Source: Lytechinus pictus (lineage: Eukaryota). From it: a DNA stretch of 64,000 bases. The position numbers were made by a program, and so were the translations under genes. This document shows positions 34,826 to 47,341 of this stretch, piece by piece. The notes under the pieces are model-generated. The model did no database searches. It was not told the origin of the DNA and saw nothing but the letters and a program-made list of their open reading frames with translations. Positions within the stretch are counted from its first letter, which is position 1. Every line of letters begins with the position of its first letter. The stretch is from positions 12,958,001-13,022,000 of the forward strand of contig NW_026974141.1 of NCBI RefSeq assembly GCF_037042905.1. The letters run 5' to 3'.

Positions 34826-37800
34826 ATTGTGTCTCAACATTTTACAAAGACTTGGTAAAATTTGTTAATCCTTTCTTAATTCAAATTGCACCCCACCCCA
34901 AAAAAAATAATAACATTAGAATATTTTACTAAATTTTCATGATCACATCATAGAAAAAATGTGGACCATATAAGGGGTAACCAAAACTTTTGTAATATGG
35001 GTCAGAACAATCATCTTTGTTACTGTTTCTGTTATCATTGCTACCATCATTCATCCTAACTCATGCATAAAATAACATTATATATATCAGCAAAATAATT
35101 GTGTGAGTTAGTAGCCTTGGTTATGGTTGTAAAAAGGCATTGTGAAAACTTCTAAGTCAAAGCCATTCAAATCTGTGCAATAATGAACTCAAGATCTCAT
35201 ATTAATTAATGATAACTTGTTAAAATAACATAAAAGATTACTCTTTCATTGTATGAAATGTCCATGAAATTAACTAGAACATCTACTCTCTTCATTAAAA
35301 CTTGATGATGAAAAAATTATTTCAGTGTTACCACCTCATTACTATATGTAAATACATGGTGAAAGGTCCCTTACAGATCAAAAGCAATTTTCGTACAGAT
35401 TTGTCTTTTTCTTGGTGTAAACCTCTGAGTATTCCCAGATATCCAGATAATTATTACGCTTCATAACTACCAATTCGGGACTACATATTAACCCTTAACT
35501 TGACCTTGGAAAAAACACTTCAAGATCACCATGCATTATAATTTCAACCATTGCACCTCAAAGCAGTCAATATCAATGCATATCCCATGATATGTAGATG
35601 ATAGCACATATTACCCCATAGGCCTTGTGGTGCACCAGCTCATGCCGATGTACATTGAAGCAGTCATCATTGCAGCAGTCGTAACTGTTAAAAACCGTGC
35701 CGTCTAAGCGTTAGAATGCAGTTGTTACTGCACGAGTTAGTGTCGTGGCGTGCGGCAAACCGTGCATTGATATATAACACAGATCATTTTACCTTTGAAG
35801 TAGACGTTCGTTTCGCAATCTTTGTCGTCATGCGAGGTTGTCTAACTACCTTACGTGCATGCTACATGACAAATCACAACACAGATAACTGGTCATACGA
35901 TTATGATAGGTTATAAATATTGAATATCATATCATTTGTATAGAAATCAGAAGGGCATTAATCTCGCGCTTTTTGCAAAAACTTACCATAGAACTGCAAT
36001 ATATGTGACTACTTGTTAGATAAAAAGATGGCAATTTTTCTATTTCTTTAAAGACTCTGAAACTACAGAGGCAATGTATCAGATAACTGTTGAAAGATTT
36101 TATATGTACATGATAAATCATTTTTTCTGGGGTCGCGGGCAAGTGGGTTTATAAAATGATAAAATCCCTTGTCTTTTAGAAACACATGGAGAAATTTTGT
36201 GCTATGTATCAAAGAAACGCTTGTTAGCTGATGCCAATTTTTTTTTCTCCCATCAAAGTTTTAAAAGTAAAATTTCGATGAAAAAGTCATAACCCAGATA
36301 ATAAATTTCAACAGAAATCAATGCCCTTCTTTTTTCAAACAGACTTTCTGTTTAGTGATGAATTACTGAAATACACAAAAATGTATGCTAGTAAACACTT
36401 AAAAAACATCAAGCTATAAAACAAATATATATGGGATATTCTATTATAAAACATGTATCCATTAACTAAGATCCTCTGTGATATGAAATTGCATAATTTG
36501 ATTTTTAAAAATCATTATTTCAAAAATTTTGATGAATTCTTCACTTTAATTTTGAGTCATTTTGGAATGATTTTAGTGCAAAATTATGTCCCTTGTAATT
36601 GCAATAGTTTAACACCATCTTGTGTTTTACTCTCACTCATTGTGTGGCTATGTGTGGTTCAATTCTTGACTCATCTACTTGTCTAACATTCAAAATTTAC
36701 AGATTGACATCTATCTTCCCAGACCCCCTTTCACTTAATACAGAACCACCCGAATCCTAACGCCAATTGCTAAACTTCAGATTGATATTTGGTTCCAATT
36801 CGATCCTATTTCGTAAAACTTGTCATCAAGTTAATATGTGACATATTTGCTATTAACTACTCAAATTACATGGCTTCAGTATTACATAACAAGATATTGT
36901 GCCTTGATGATGATAAGACAAATGTAAGTTTTATGGTAAGATCATAGATTAATGAGGATTATTAATCATAAGAACTGCTAGAAATCTCTGACAAATGGGT
37001 TTTGGGCCAATCATAATGCTTCCTACTTCATAACAGTAGCTTGTAACATGCCATTGATAACAAGCTTATGATGAAAAGGGGACCTTTACATCTTCTTGCA
37101 TGTATCCCAACACTGCCACCATTGCTTATGGACTTTATTATCAATAACTGTTGGAAATATATGACAATGGTGCTGTTGTCCAATCAAATTGCAGGATTTC
37201 ATTAGCTTATGACAGTTGTTTGTAACTTGCAATTGATAACAAGCTTTATGAAACAGGGCCCTTTATATCTTCTTGCACATATCCCACCGCTGCCACCATT
37301 ACTGACACCAGAGCGGTGTTTCACTTATGAGTGATTTTCTCTGACAAATTTGTGCTCAGCCAATCAGATGCAAGGATTTCAGTAGCTTATAACAACTATA
37401 TATGACAAATATGTGAATGAAACACTCACAGGATGTCCATTTGAGAATAAACTGAACTCTTTTAACATGGCAAAAACCAAAGTCATAGCCACACAATGAA
37501 GTAGAGATTACATGATAATGTGAAACACCCTAAAATTAAAGTAATATGAATTGCAAAATAATGTTTCCGTTATGGATGAAATTACACCAAATTAAAAGTG
37601 AAAGAAAATTTATTGACCCTTGAGTGCTCACTAGTTACCTTATAAATTGTCCCACTTGTTTAAAATGTGCAACATTGTGAGTGTTTATCTGTGTTTAATG
37701 TTTATTTTCAATACAGTATGCTGTGTGTACATGATCTTTTGTAATAAGTAATACATGTATATATGTGGTATATAGTGGTGGTATATTGTGGAGGAAAAAA

Positions 37801-40620
37801 ATATCAATTTTAGGGATATATATGAAAATATTGAATATTAGACCTATATGTGTGATATAGGCCTACATTTAAATCACAGTGACACAATGTCAACGTAACA
37901 TGCAATATCAGATTTTGTGTACTAAAAAAATATATCAATTACAAAAAACATTACCTCAAACACTTGACTCAGTAAATGTCTAAATACATGTATGCATTAT
38001 TATTTCATATCATATTTTTCTCTTTGAAACTGAATATAAGTAATATGTGTAGGGATAATAATGCAAGGCATTGAGCATACACATTAACCACACATTGTAT
38101 CCGTACTGATGGTTCGATCAGAAACCGAACCTGCTTTCAAAACAAAATTTTCAACTGATTGTATAAATAATCAAACAATAAAATATTTAGGAGATTTCAA
38201 AACTAGGAGAAAGGGTGGAAGGATCTTAACTGCCATCCAGTTCTCCTGTGTAATTTTGTTTATTTATTTGTAATCAAAATAATAACTTTTGTTTCAGGTT
38301 TTAAAACCAATGTTGGTTTTCAACACTAAAGTTTTAATTACCCTCTTCAAGAGTGGATTGGTTTTGCTTGTAAGTTACTCAGAGAACATACTCTGACAAA
38401 CATTTATTATATAAAAGTTAGTTTTACCTTAGTTACAAGCAAACACAAAATACTCATTCTGAAAAAAAAGAAAACCATATAGTGCATCAATACCATCATT
38501 CAAGTTATGAAAATATTTTAGCTTGCAAACCACTCTTTCAATCATAACATATTTACCTGTCACCAGAGTGGAATATCCCCAGAACACAAAAGCACAAACC
38601 CACACTGAGGTTACCGCTGGACTATTCTACTCCACTCACAGGGGGAAAAACACTCTAACAAACACAGGGAGGGAAAAGCAAGAAAATATTAAAGAGCACT
38701 GCAGAAGCAAATCCAACCGTACAACGTCAAAAGGGGGCAAGTGACAAATGGTGATGTTTTCTGTAAATGAACAAATTGTACCTATTATCAATACTGATGT
38801 CAATGCAATATCATATTGGTTTGCCTGACATATCTCTGAGCAGAATGAGTATTCATGAAAAGAAAATTGTCAAGAAAAAGAATACAAAATGACAAATATG
38901 AAAATATCAACTCAAATATTCTAATTTGTCACTTGCTCCATTTGGCATTGTATTGCAGAAAGGTATAGAATAGACTAGTTCGCAAGCTCGTTGCCATCGA
39001 GGATTCAACTGATGAAAATAGAAAAGCAGTACAGAAATTCTACAAGGCAGGCAGAGTTCAGGGAGATATTTGTGTGTAAAACACCACACAATATCAAGCA
39101 AGTTAATAAAGAAGCAAAAGGGAAATAGATGCCCTAAAAGAATTGCACAATGTTTTGGATGGGTGCATAGGCTGTCCACATACGCGTATTACATCATGCC
39201 TCCGAAATATGATGAGCATAACATGTCGATCAATGTTAATGTCATGTAATGTTAACTTCAAACGTCATTCAGGCAAAATATCAAGCGCTGTCACATATTT
39301 TTGGGGTTGAGATAAAAGTTCTAAAATGAAGCGGAATGATAAGCATGCAAAAGTAAAGGGCAAAGCGAAGCAACAATGCAGAGCAATCTTCAACTACGAT
39401 AGATTCTGCTATGATGGGCATAGCTCATGCAAAGACTATCCAAGCAAAGCTGTAAAGTGATATCAGATTAAAGGGAAGTCCAATCAACTTAAATAAATTT
39501 ACATAAACCAGAAAAAAATGTCTGAAACCAATCAACCAAATAAAAAAAAAAAGCAATTTAATCTGTTTAAAACTTACAGTGGCAACTCTATTATCTCATT
39601 TCATATCAGTTTGATTTCAATGATTGAACATTTAATATTCTATGATTTTCTTACATCTTTTTCATGACAAAATATTAATTCAAACTCATTTCACACTGGA
39701 GGATATGTAAAAAGAGGCTATTTGTGGAATAAGTTGTTGTTGTTTTTTTAATTATAGAAATAGTATTCTATTATTCATGATCTATTTAACTTAATGAATC
39801 GCAGTAAAATTTTTCAATAATTCTTCTCATATTAACTACATTATTTCAATTTTACCTTTGAACACAAGTCTACAAAAACCTAATAAATATGTAGCCAGAA
39901 AATTTTGATTCCTCACTTCCTTTAAAAAGGTCATATCAGGGGTGCCACTAAAAATTGAATTTAAGAAAGATGAAAAACCATCTAAAATGAGCCATTTTTG
40001 CTCAAAATAAGTTCAAAATGAATTTTGACTCAAGTTTGCAGAGTTGAGTCTCTTTTGCTTGTTAATCAAATTGGACTTTCTCTTTAAACCTTGAAATCGA
40101 AAGCTTCAAATCACGCAACACTCCAACACTCGGAAACTAGATACTGGTAGTAATACGAGAGTGAAGAAAAAAGCCAGGCAGCTGGAGAATATGGCATAGA
40201 AATGTCCACTTCAAATTGGCATATTAAACATAACCAAAACAACCAACAAGTTACAGAAATAGCAAAGCTTATGCTATAGTGAAAAGTAGATGGGGAGGGC
40301 CGGAGGGGACGGCAGTCGAGAGAGGGGGATGGGGGCGGTAGTAGAGAGAGGGAGGGGGGCATTAAACTGTTATGTATGACTTCATTGTTGACTGTAATAT
40401 GAAACGTAGGTTGTTTTCCTGGCATTTTACTGACATTATAGCAAAGATACTTTTCCCCCATATATATATATGTATGCAGTGACTGTGAGAATTTTAATAA
40501 TTTACATATTACAACTAAAGCTTATGTCATTAAAAGTGATTGAAAAAAAGAACTTCTTCTTTGATGTACTCCAGTTCTTGAAGTCATGCATAACATGAAA
40601 CAGATTGATACAGGGGGAGA

Positions 40621-40844
40621 NNNNNNNNNNNNNNNNNNNNNNNNNNNNNNNNNNNNNNNNNNNNNNNNNNNNNNNNNNNNNNNNNNNNNNNNNNNNNNNN
40701 NNNNNNNNNNNNNNNNNNNNNNNNNNNNNNNNNNNNNNNNNNNNNNNNNNNNNNNNNNNNNNNNNNNNNNNNNNNNNNNNNNNNNNNNNNNNNNNNNNNN
40801 NNNNNNNNNNNNNNNNNNNNNNNNNNNNNNNNNNNNNNNNNNNN
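40621..40844. other. Assembly gap
   Basis: Run of N. Confidence 1.
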
Positions 40845-41703
40845 AGAATGAGAGGGGGGGGGAGAGGGGTCCTCAAACACACTGACCAACCCAATTTAAT
40901 ATCGTGTGTACAATGTTCTTCCTAAACTAGATTCAACTGTTATAGGAATAGGAAAGATAACTCTCCATATTTTTGCAACCAAAAAAAACAATATTTTTCA
41001 TACTAATCTATCAATTTTTTAAAACTAAAATGAATAAATTTATGAACACCTAAAATGCATTATTGCTCAGAAAAAATGTTTTTTTGCAATAAGCATATTT
41101 TCTATAAATTATAATCTAAGAAGTCCAATAAGATATACATATATATCTTTTTATTACTTTTTATTAAACTGATCTTGAAATCATGCAAGAACATCAAATT
41201 CTTCTTCATGAAAATGAATATATTCCTATGTCTAGGAGACATTATGATCTGTCATGCGACAAATTACAACCCATAAAGAATGTCTAAAGATACTTGTATC
41301 AACAACAGATGATGAAAGTGCTTCTAATCTGATGTGTTGATTGACTCAATATTAATTAAAAAACTATTATTGTTATTATTATTTACTAATAGACAAGAAC
41401 TCTAACATGTAAATGATGATGTACATGTATTTATGGACAACAGTTACATGTCCATCACTGACATAAATACTAGTGATTTGCTTTTGTTCTACTGGATTTC
41501 AAAACTAAACTGAAAACTAATGGACAAATTATTAAGTTCTAATTAATTCTATATTTTGTTCTAAAGACATAGATTTTTCTTTTTAACAAAAGAATGGGGA
41601 TATATAATGTAAGTGTTATGTATTCAACAGAGATGACTCTCTATGTTGTAGGTGGACACAAGTGGGTTTAATAGTTTCCATACAAAAAATGAGGGGTTGC
41701 GTT

Positions 41704-41860
41704 AGGGGAGGGGAGGGGGAAGGCAAGGAGAGGGGAGGGGATGGCAAGAGGAGGGGGAGGCAAGGGGAGGGGAGGGGAAGGGGAGGGGAAGGGGAGGAGA
41801 GGGCAAGGAGACACAGGGCTTGAAGTGGGCAGGGAGAAGGGGGAAGGGGGGAGAGAAGGG
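41704..41860. repeat. G/A-rich (GGGGA)n tract; polypyrimidine on the DAGLA pre-mRNA
   Basis: Seen directly. Confidence 0.85.
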
Positions 41861-42404
41861 GATTTCTAAGAAACATTTGTGACAGAAGGACAACAAGAAT
41901 CAAAACTTGCAAGCATGCCATGCAACAAAACTGAAAGGCAAAAAATGAGACTACAAAATGAAAATAAAGATTGGAGGAAGAGAGAAAAAAAATAATAAAA
42001 TAGCATACCAGGTTTTCTGACTGTGACAGGCTTGATACACTCCCAGCTGATAAAACATCAGAATCACAACAAGCTTGGCTGCAAGGGGAAAGAGAGGGAG
42101 GCAAGCAAGAACAAAAACGACCACCACAAGACAATAAACCATCATCAAAGACATCGGAAGACCCCAACGACCCCGCGTCAAAGGTCATCATGCGGTCATC
42201 CATCTCCTCTTGGAACGAGAGGCTCGTCGTGAGGCAGATGCCTGATTCCGGGGTCTCGGCATCAAGCAGGGTTTTATCACCCCTGGAATTTGGAACGTCC
42301 CTCTTCAAGCCCCCCTTTTCGTTGGTCCGCCCAACCAGGACCAAGCCCTCGGTATCTAACCCATAGCTTTCGGTGACAGAGGAGTCCTCTTTATTGCTAC
42401 TGAC

Positions 42405-42555
42405 CGAGACATGGAATGTTGCGTAGATGATGTCGTTGTTGCTCAGGCCGGACATCTTCTTCAGGGCGGCAAAGTTGCACATGCAGCAGTTGTCGGCATC
42501 CGGGTCGGACGTCTCGTCTAGGTGGTAGTGACGTCTTCTTTTAAAACAACAGCAT
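42405..42555 (-). CDS. DAGLA: DAGLA exon (Cys-rich insert), short form
   Basis: cctcag|A and TCG|gtcagt; CCCFKRRRHYHLDETSDPDADNCCMCNFAALKKMSGLSNNDIIYATFHVS; phase 2-0. An alternative donor at 42009 is possible. Confidence 0.9.
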
Positions 42556-43306
42556 CTGAGGAACGAAAGGATAAGAACAAGCTGGTTGAATGAAATATCA
42601 GAGTAACAGTTGATTAATTCTTGCAGTCAACATTTATGCCTCTGCCACTGCCAGACCAAAAATATATCATAATCATATATTACATTTATGCATATTAATA
42701 AACACAAACAGTTGACTCTTTAATTAAAAAGGTGGGATCATTACTGCTGTAACCCTAGTAACAAGACTCAATTTAGTGCACTTTGAAAAGAATATTATTA
42801 TTATTATTTATTTGGCCATAAAAAACATGCAAAAATTTTACAATGTTATTACCAAAAAAAAATTGAAATTGAATAATTAAATATGGATAAGTAGAAACGA
42901 AAGAGAAGAAGAATAGAGTAAGAAAATTGTTTATCCATGGGCCAGGGCTCGCAAAAGTAAATTTCAGTACTATTGCCCAGAGGCATGCGAGCCCTCATGA
43001 AAAACCCATTGAGAGAGTATTGCACATTCTGGTATATAAAATTACACATTATTGAAATTCAAATAAAACATATTCAACAAACATTATTAACAAGTATGTA
43101 ACACCAGGCAAGATAAAAGAAATAAAGAGGGGTATTGGGTAGAATTTGAACACCCATGCCGGACTGACTAAAGAATATGCGTAAAGAAAAATGCGTGCAT
43201 TTATCAATGGATACTCTCTCAATATACGCATCAAATTAAGTGTAATCAATGCAAGAAATCTGCAGAATCCACAGTTTCAAACTAAAAATTTAAAGCCACC
43301 TTTGTG

Positions 43307-43610
43307 AATAATAATAATAAACAGTTCTTGTATAGCGCATATCACATTATGAATTATGTCTCTATGCGCCTCCAAAGGACTTGGATATTATTACCCCAGC
43401 TGTAGCTTGACAGCCATAATTACTAAGATTACAGCGCACACACATTTCAAGGAATAAATTCCTGCCAGGTACCCATTCACCTCACCTGGGTTGAGTGCAG
43501 CACAATGTGGATGAATTACTTACGGAAGGAAACTACGCCATGGCTGGGATTTGAACCCACGACCGTCTGTTTCAAAGTCCGCAGACTTATCCACTGGGCC
43601 ACAACGCTCC
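43307..43610 (-). mobile_element. tRNA-derived SINE
   Basis: Reverse complement of the 3959 family. Confidence 0.9.
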
Positions 43611-43642
43611 ATTTGGGCCAAAGAGCTGTTGGTAAGACTTAC

Positions 43643-43767
43643 CGGCATTCTCTTGTCATTGTACAGCATCCTTCAGCACCGTAGACCATCACATAGCCCT
43701 TCCAACCATAGGATGCAGCAGCAAACTTGAAATAATAATGAAGCTCTTCAAACAGATCCATGTCCTC
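43643..43767 (-). CDS. DAGLA: DAGLA exon
   Basis: tttcag|GAG and CG|gtaagt; EDMDLFEELHYYFKFAAASYGWKGYVMVYGAEGCCTMTREC; phase 0-2. Confidence 0.93.
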
Positions 43768-43956
43768 CTGAAATATCAACAGGGTAGAATGAAAAGTGAA
43801 TTCAAAGATGCTTCTATCGATCAGCTCACAAAAAGGGTAGGTATTCATAAAAGGGCCACCCATTTATAATGACCACATTCTCTAAAGACTATCCACATCC
43901 TTCTTCTCAGACAAAAGGAACATTAAAAGTTATCTCTAAAGACCACCCTTCAATTT

Positions 43957-44765
43957 GGACCATTGCCAATAAGAAACGACTCATCTTGACAACCAGTCTA
44001 TAAGGACCCATACCACCCATCAATAAGGGCTACCCTTCTACAAGGACCAGTGGCCAATAAGGAACCACCCATCTTGACAACCAGTCTACAAGGACCCATA
44101 CCACCCATCAATAAGGGCTACCCTTCTACAAGGACAATTGCCCAATAAGGAACCACCCATCATGACAACCGGTCTACAAGGACCCATACCACCCATCAAT
44201 AAGGGCTACCCTTCTACAAGGACCAGTGGCCAATAAGGAACCACCCATCTTGACAACCGGTCTACAAGGACCCATACCACCCATCAATAAGGGCTACCCT
44301 TCTACAAGGATCATTGCCCAATAAGGAACAACCCATCTTGGCAACCGGTCTACAAGGACCCATACCACCCATCAATAAGGGCTACCCTTCTACAAGGACC
44401 ATTGCCCAATAAGGAACAACCCATCTTGGCAACCAGTCTATAAGGACCCATACCCACCATCAATAAGGGCCACCCTTCTACAAGGACCAGTGGCCAATAA
44501 GGAATAACCCATCTTGACAACCAGTCTACAAGGACCCATACCACCCATCAATAAGGGCCACCCTTCTACAAGGACCATTGCCCAATAAGGAACAACCCAT
44601 CTTGACAACCAGTCTACAAGGACCAATACTACCCATCAATAAGGGACACCCTTCTACAAGGACCATTGCCCAATAAGGAATAACCCATCTTGACAACCAG
44701 TCTACAAGGACCCATACCACCCATCAATAAGGGCTACCCTTCTACAAGGATCATTTGCAATAAGG
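43957..44765. repeat. 88-bp minisatellite, about 9 copies
   Basis: Equivalent unit positions at 44041, 44129 and 44217; degenerate aaggacc sub-repeats on both flanks. Confidence 0.95.
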
Positions 44766-45302
44766 AGTTGCCCATGTAATGAGACAACCCTCCATCAGTA
44801 AGGACCAACCTTCCAGGAAGACTACCATTCCATAAAAACCATTTGCCAATAAGGAACCGTCCAATGACTAAGACAACCTGTCCATGAGGATCATTCCCAC
44901 CCTTCTATTGGGACCATCCTAAAATGACCATCTGCCCATTTAATAGGACTACTAGTCCAGAAGTAAAAGTACCGCTCTACTATGCAAACCACCTGTCAAT
45001 GAGGGCAATCCACCATTCAGGACCTATATGTCGAGTTTTACAAAATAAAGATTAATCAACAATTTCAAATTGGTAGTTTAATACAAACTTTATGAGGTAA
45101 TCAAACTACACCAGGAAAATAAATGATTGTCATGAGTGGAGTCCTACATACCGTTCATTACACTTATTATCAAAGGCCTGTTGCAAGCTACTACAAGAAG
45201 CAATATAGTAAAATTGTGGCATTTAATTGGCTGAGGGATAGATTTTCAGAATTTGCCATTGATCATAAGGTTTGTGAAAGAGAGACAAGGGGTTAAACAT
45301 AC

Positions 45303-45515
45303 AGATTTATGGAAGTCCAGGAACTTGGTCTCAGGTGTTACAGCAACACCTGACAAGAACTTGAAGACACTGTTCTGAGGCGAGTTCTCTATGGCTCTTC
45401 TCCGTTGCTTCTGCTCTTCCCTGAGGAGCATAAGACCCGCCAGGACGTCGGTGGGAACGACGTCCAGGTCTCGAAAGAACTCGGAGAAGAGGATGGCAAT
45501 GTCTGAAAAGGCACT
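45303..45515 (-). CDS. DAGLA: DAGLA exon
   Basis: gaacag|AGT and TCT|gtatgt; SAFSDIAILFSEFFRDLDVVPTDVLAGLMLLREEQ...FLSGVAVTPETKFLDFHKS; phase 0-0. Confidence 0.95.
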
Positions 45516-46795
45516 CTGTTCAGGAAGAAGGGGAAAGAATTCGGTGTTTAAATCTTACTGAGAGTTAAATCAGAAGGGATCAGGTATCTTAATGAACACC
45601 AAGACCCAATAATAAATAATAATACTACATATGATTTATATAGCCTCTTTTCCATTTTGATTAAATGCTCAAGTTTACAAGTGGTTTTGAATTTGTAGTC
45701 TTAAGCCGTAGTTTGTACAGAATTCATGTACTACTTATGCATAATTCAGCACATATCTTGAGAAAAGAACTAATAATGAATGCACTCTTTTATAACAGCA
45801 GGCTAAATTGATGCTTGTTACTATGGTGAGAGCATTAATTAACTCACTGTTTTTATTTAATGGGAACATGGTTTATGTTACTTAATTCACATGAATAGTT
45901 CGCAATACTTTTGGTTGCTGTTAAAAAAAAGGTATATGTAAGCTTTCATTATTGGACGTTTCTCAATAAACATACTGAATTAAACATCATTAATGCATGA
46001 AATCTACATAAAATATGGTTTATGAATCAAAACCACCTTTGTAAATTTGGGGTCCATGTCTATAGTATCAAGATTGCCAAATACCCTTCCCATATTAGAA
46101 TGCATTGAAGTAGAAGAGGATGATCTGAATTTCAAAATATAGGATCAGCGGGAGAACTACCAATCCCTCCTCAGGAATACATACATGTATGATGATTAGG
46201 AAAACCCCACTGTAACCCACTGAAGATCACTGTAAATGTTCTATTTACTCCATTTAATAGTGCACATACTATTTTGAATGGGAATTGGTTGAACTGGATG
46301 AGAAGATACTTAATAATGAAATGTACTATAATGATTTGTGGAATATGAATATGAATAAATAAATAAACAAATATATTGCATGTATCTGCAGGTAAATCTT
46401 CATTAAATCTGCATAAGTAGAATTTAATGAGGTCTTGTTCAGTTATTTGACAAAGCACAGCATTTTTTTGGGGGAAGTATTCAGATATCATGAGACAGAT
46501 CACCACTTTCACTTACATTTCGTTGACTTTGAACACAAATATACGGTTCAGTTTTATTGCTGAGTTTTGCCACGTGTGAACAAGCATTAAAGGGGCACAG
46601 GGGGGGCCCGCTTTATAAAGACTTTATGGCAGCTACCATGGTAACGGGGCTCAGCAGTCCATCACAATCAACGTATCCATGGTAGTTACATAAATAACAA
46701 TTACATCTCCTTGTGAAACCAGGGCCCCTGAATCCAATAAAACTGGATCGGCGGACAATCGGCAAACCCTGGAGGCGAAGGTATCAATGACTTAC

Positions 46796-46880
46796 ATCTT
46801 GTGTTTCTCCCGAGGAGGTGCAGCAGAACCAGAATCTCAACCTCTTATCCCAGTTCTGTTCATACTTGGCACGAGTTCTC
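46796..46880 (-). CDS. DAGLA: DAGLA exon
   Basis: tttccag|G and GAT|gtaagt; RTRAKYEQNWDKRLRFWFCCTSSGETQD; phase 2-0. Confidence 0.9.
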
Positions 46881-47029
46881 CTGGAAAGGGGAGAATGAAA
46901 AAAGTTCATTGACTGTTACCCGAGTGTGACACAAGTCCAGTTCACATTGGAGTAAATGATCATGTTCATAAGGACTTGCTTAGAATAGATACTTGAAAAA
47001 AAACCTTCTGTTATAGGGGTCTGAGAGTT

Positions 47030-47341
47030 AATAATGATGATAATGATAGCTAGTTTTTATATAGCGTTTTTCCCAGAATGGCTCAAAGCGCTTAACAGCA
47101 TATTATTACCCCGGTCATTGAATTCATTTTCAATCCCACACGAAAAGTGCACAATTTCCACTCCCTGGGGAGCATTCCTTGCATTCATCACAGCCTCATA
47201 ATGGTGCTGGCATCCTACCGGGTACCCAATTAGCACCTGGGTCGAGTGTGGCAAAGTGTGGATAAACGCCTAGACCGCGGTGGGATTCGAACACATGACC
47301 CTCTGTTTACAAGGCGAGTCAGAACGACTACACCACGGCTC
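47030..47341 (-). mobile_element. tRNA-derived SINE, second family
   Basis: gagccgtggtgtagtcg...gttcgaatccc head, shared cccaggtg..gggtacc core, gcgctatataa tail. Confidence 0.8.

Noticed and set aside
39030-40185. Acceptor-like sites at about 39144 and 40182 as more DAGLA cassette exons
   Set aside because: No convincing phase-compatible donor.
40502-40925. ORFs containing X runs (also 29832-30183)
   Set aside because: Artefacts of assembly gaps.
41616-42008. 3' part of the 288-aa ORF as coding, including an acceptor-like cctttcag at 41931
   Set aside because: Beyond donor 42009 the frame runs through pyrimidine-rich low-complexity DNA where stops are naturally rare; no good downstream donor.
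44350-44720. Repetitive hydrophobic ORFs
   Set aside because: Translations of the 88-bp minisatellite; the unit is not a multiple of 3.
43957-44765. CRISPR-like array
   Set aside because: Whole units repeat with no unique spacers; eukaryotic intron.
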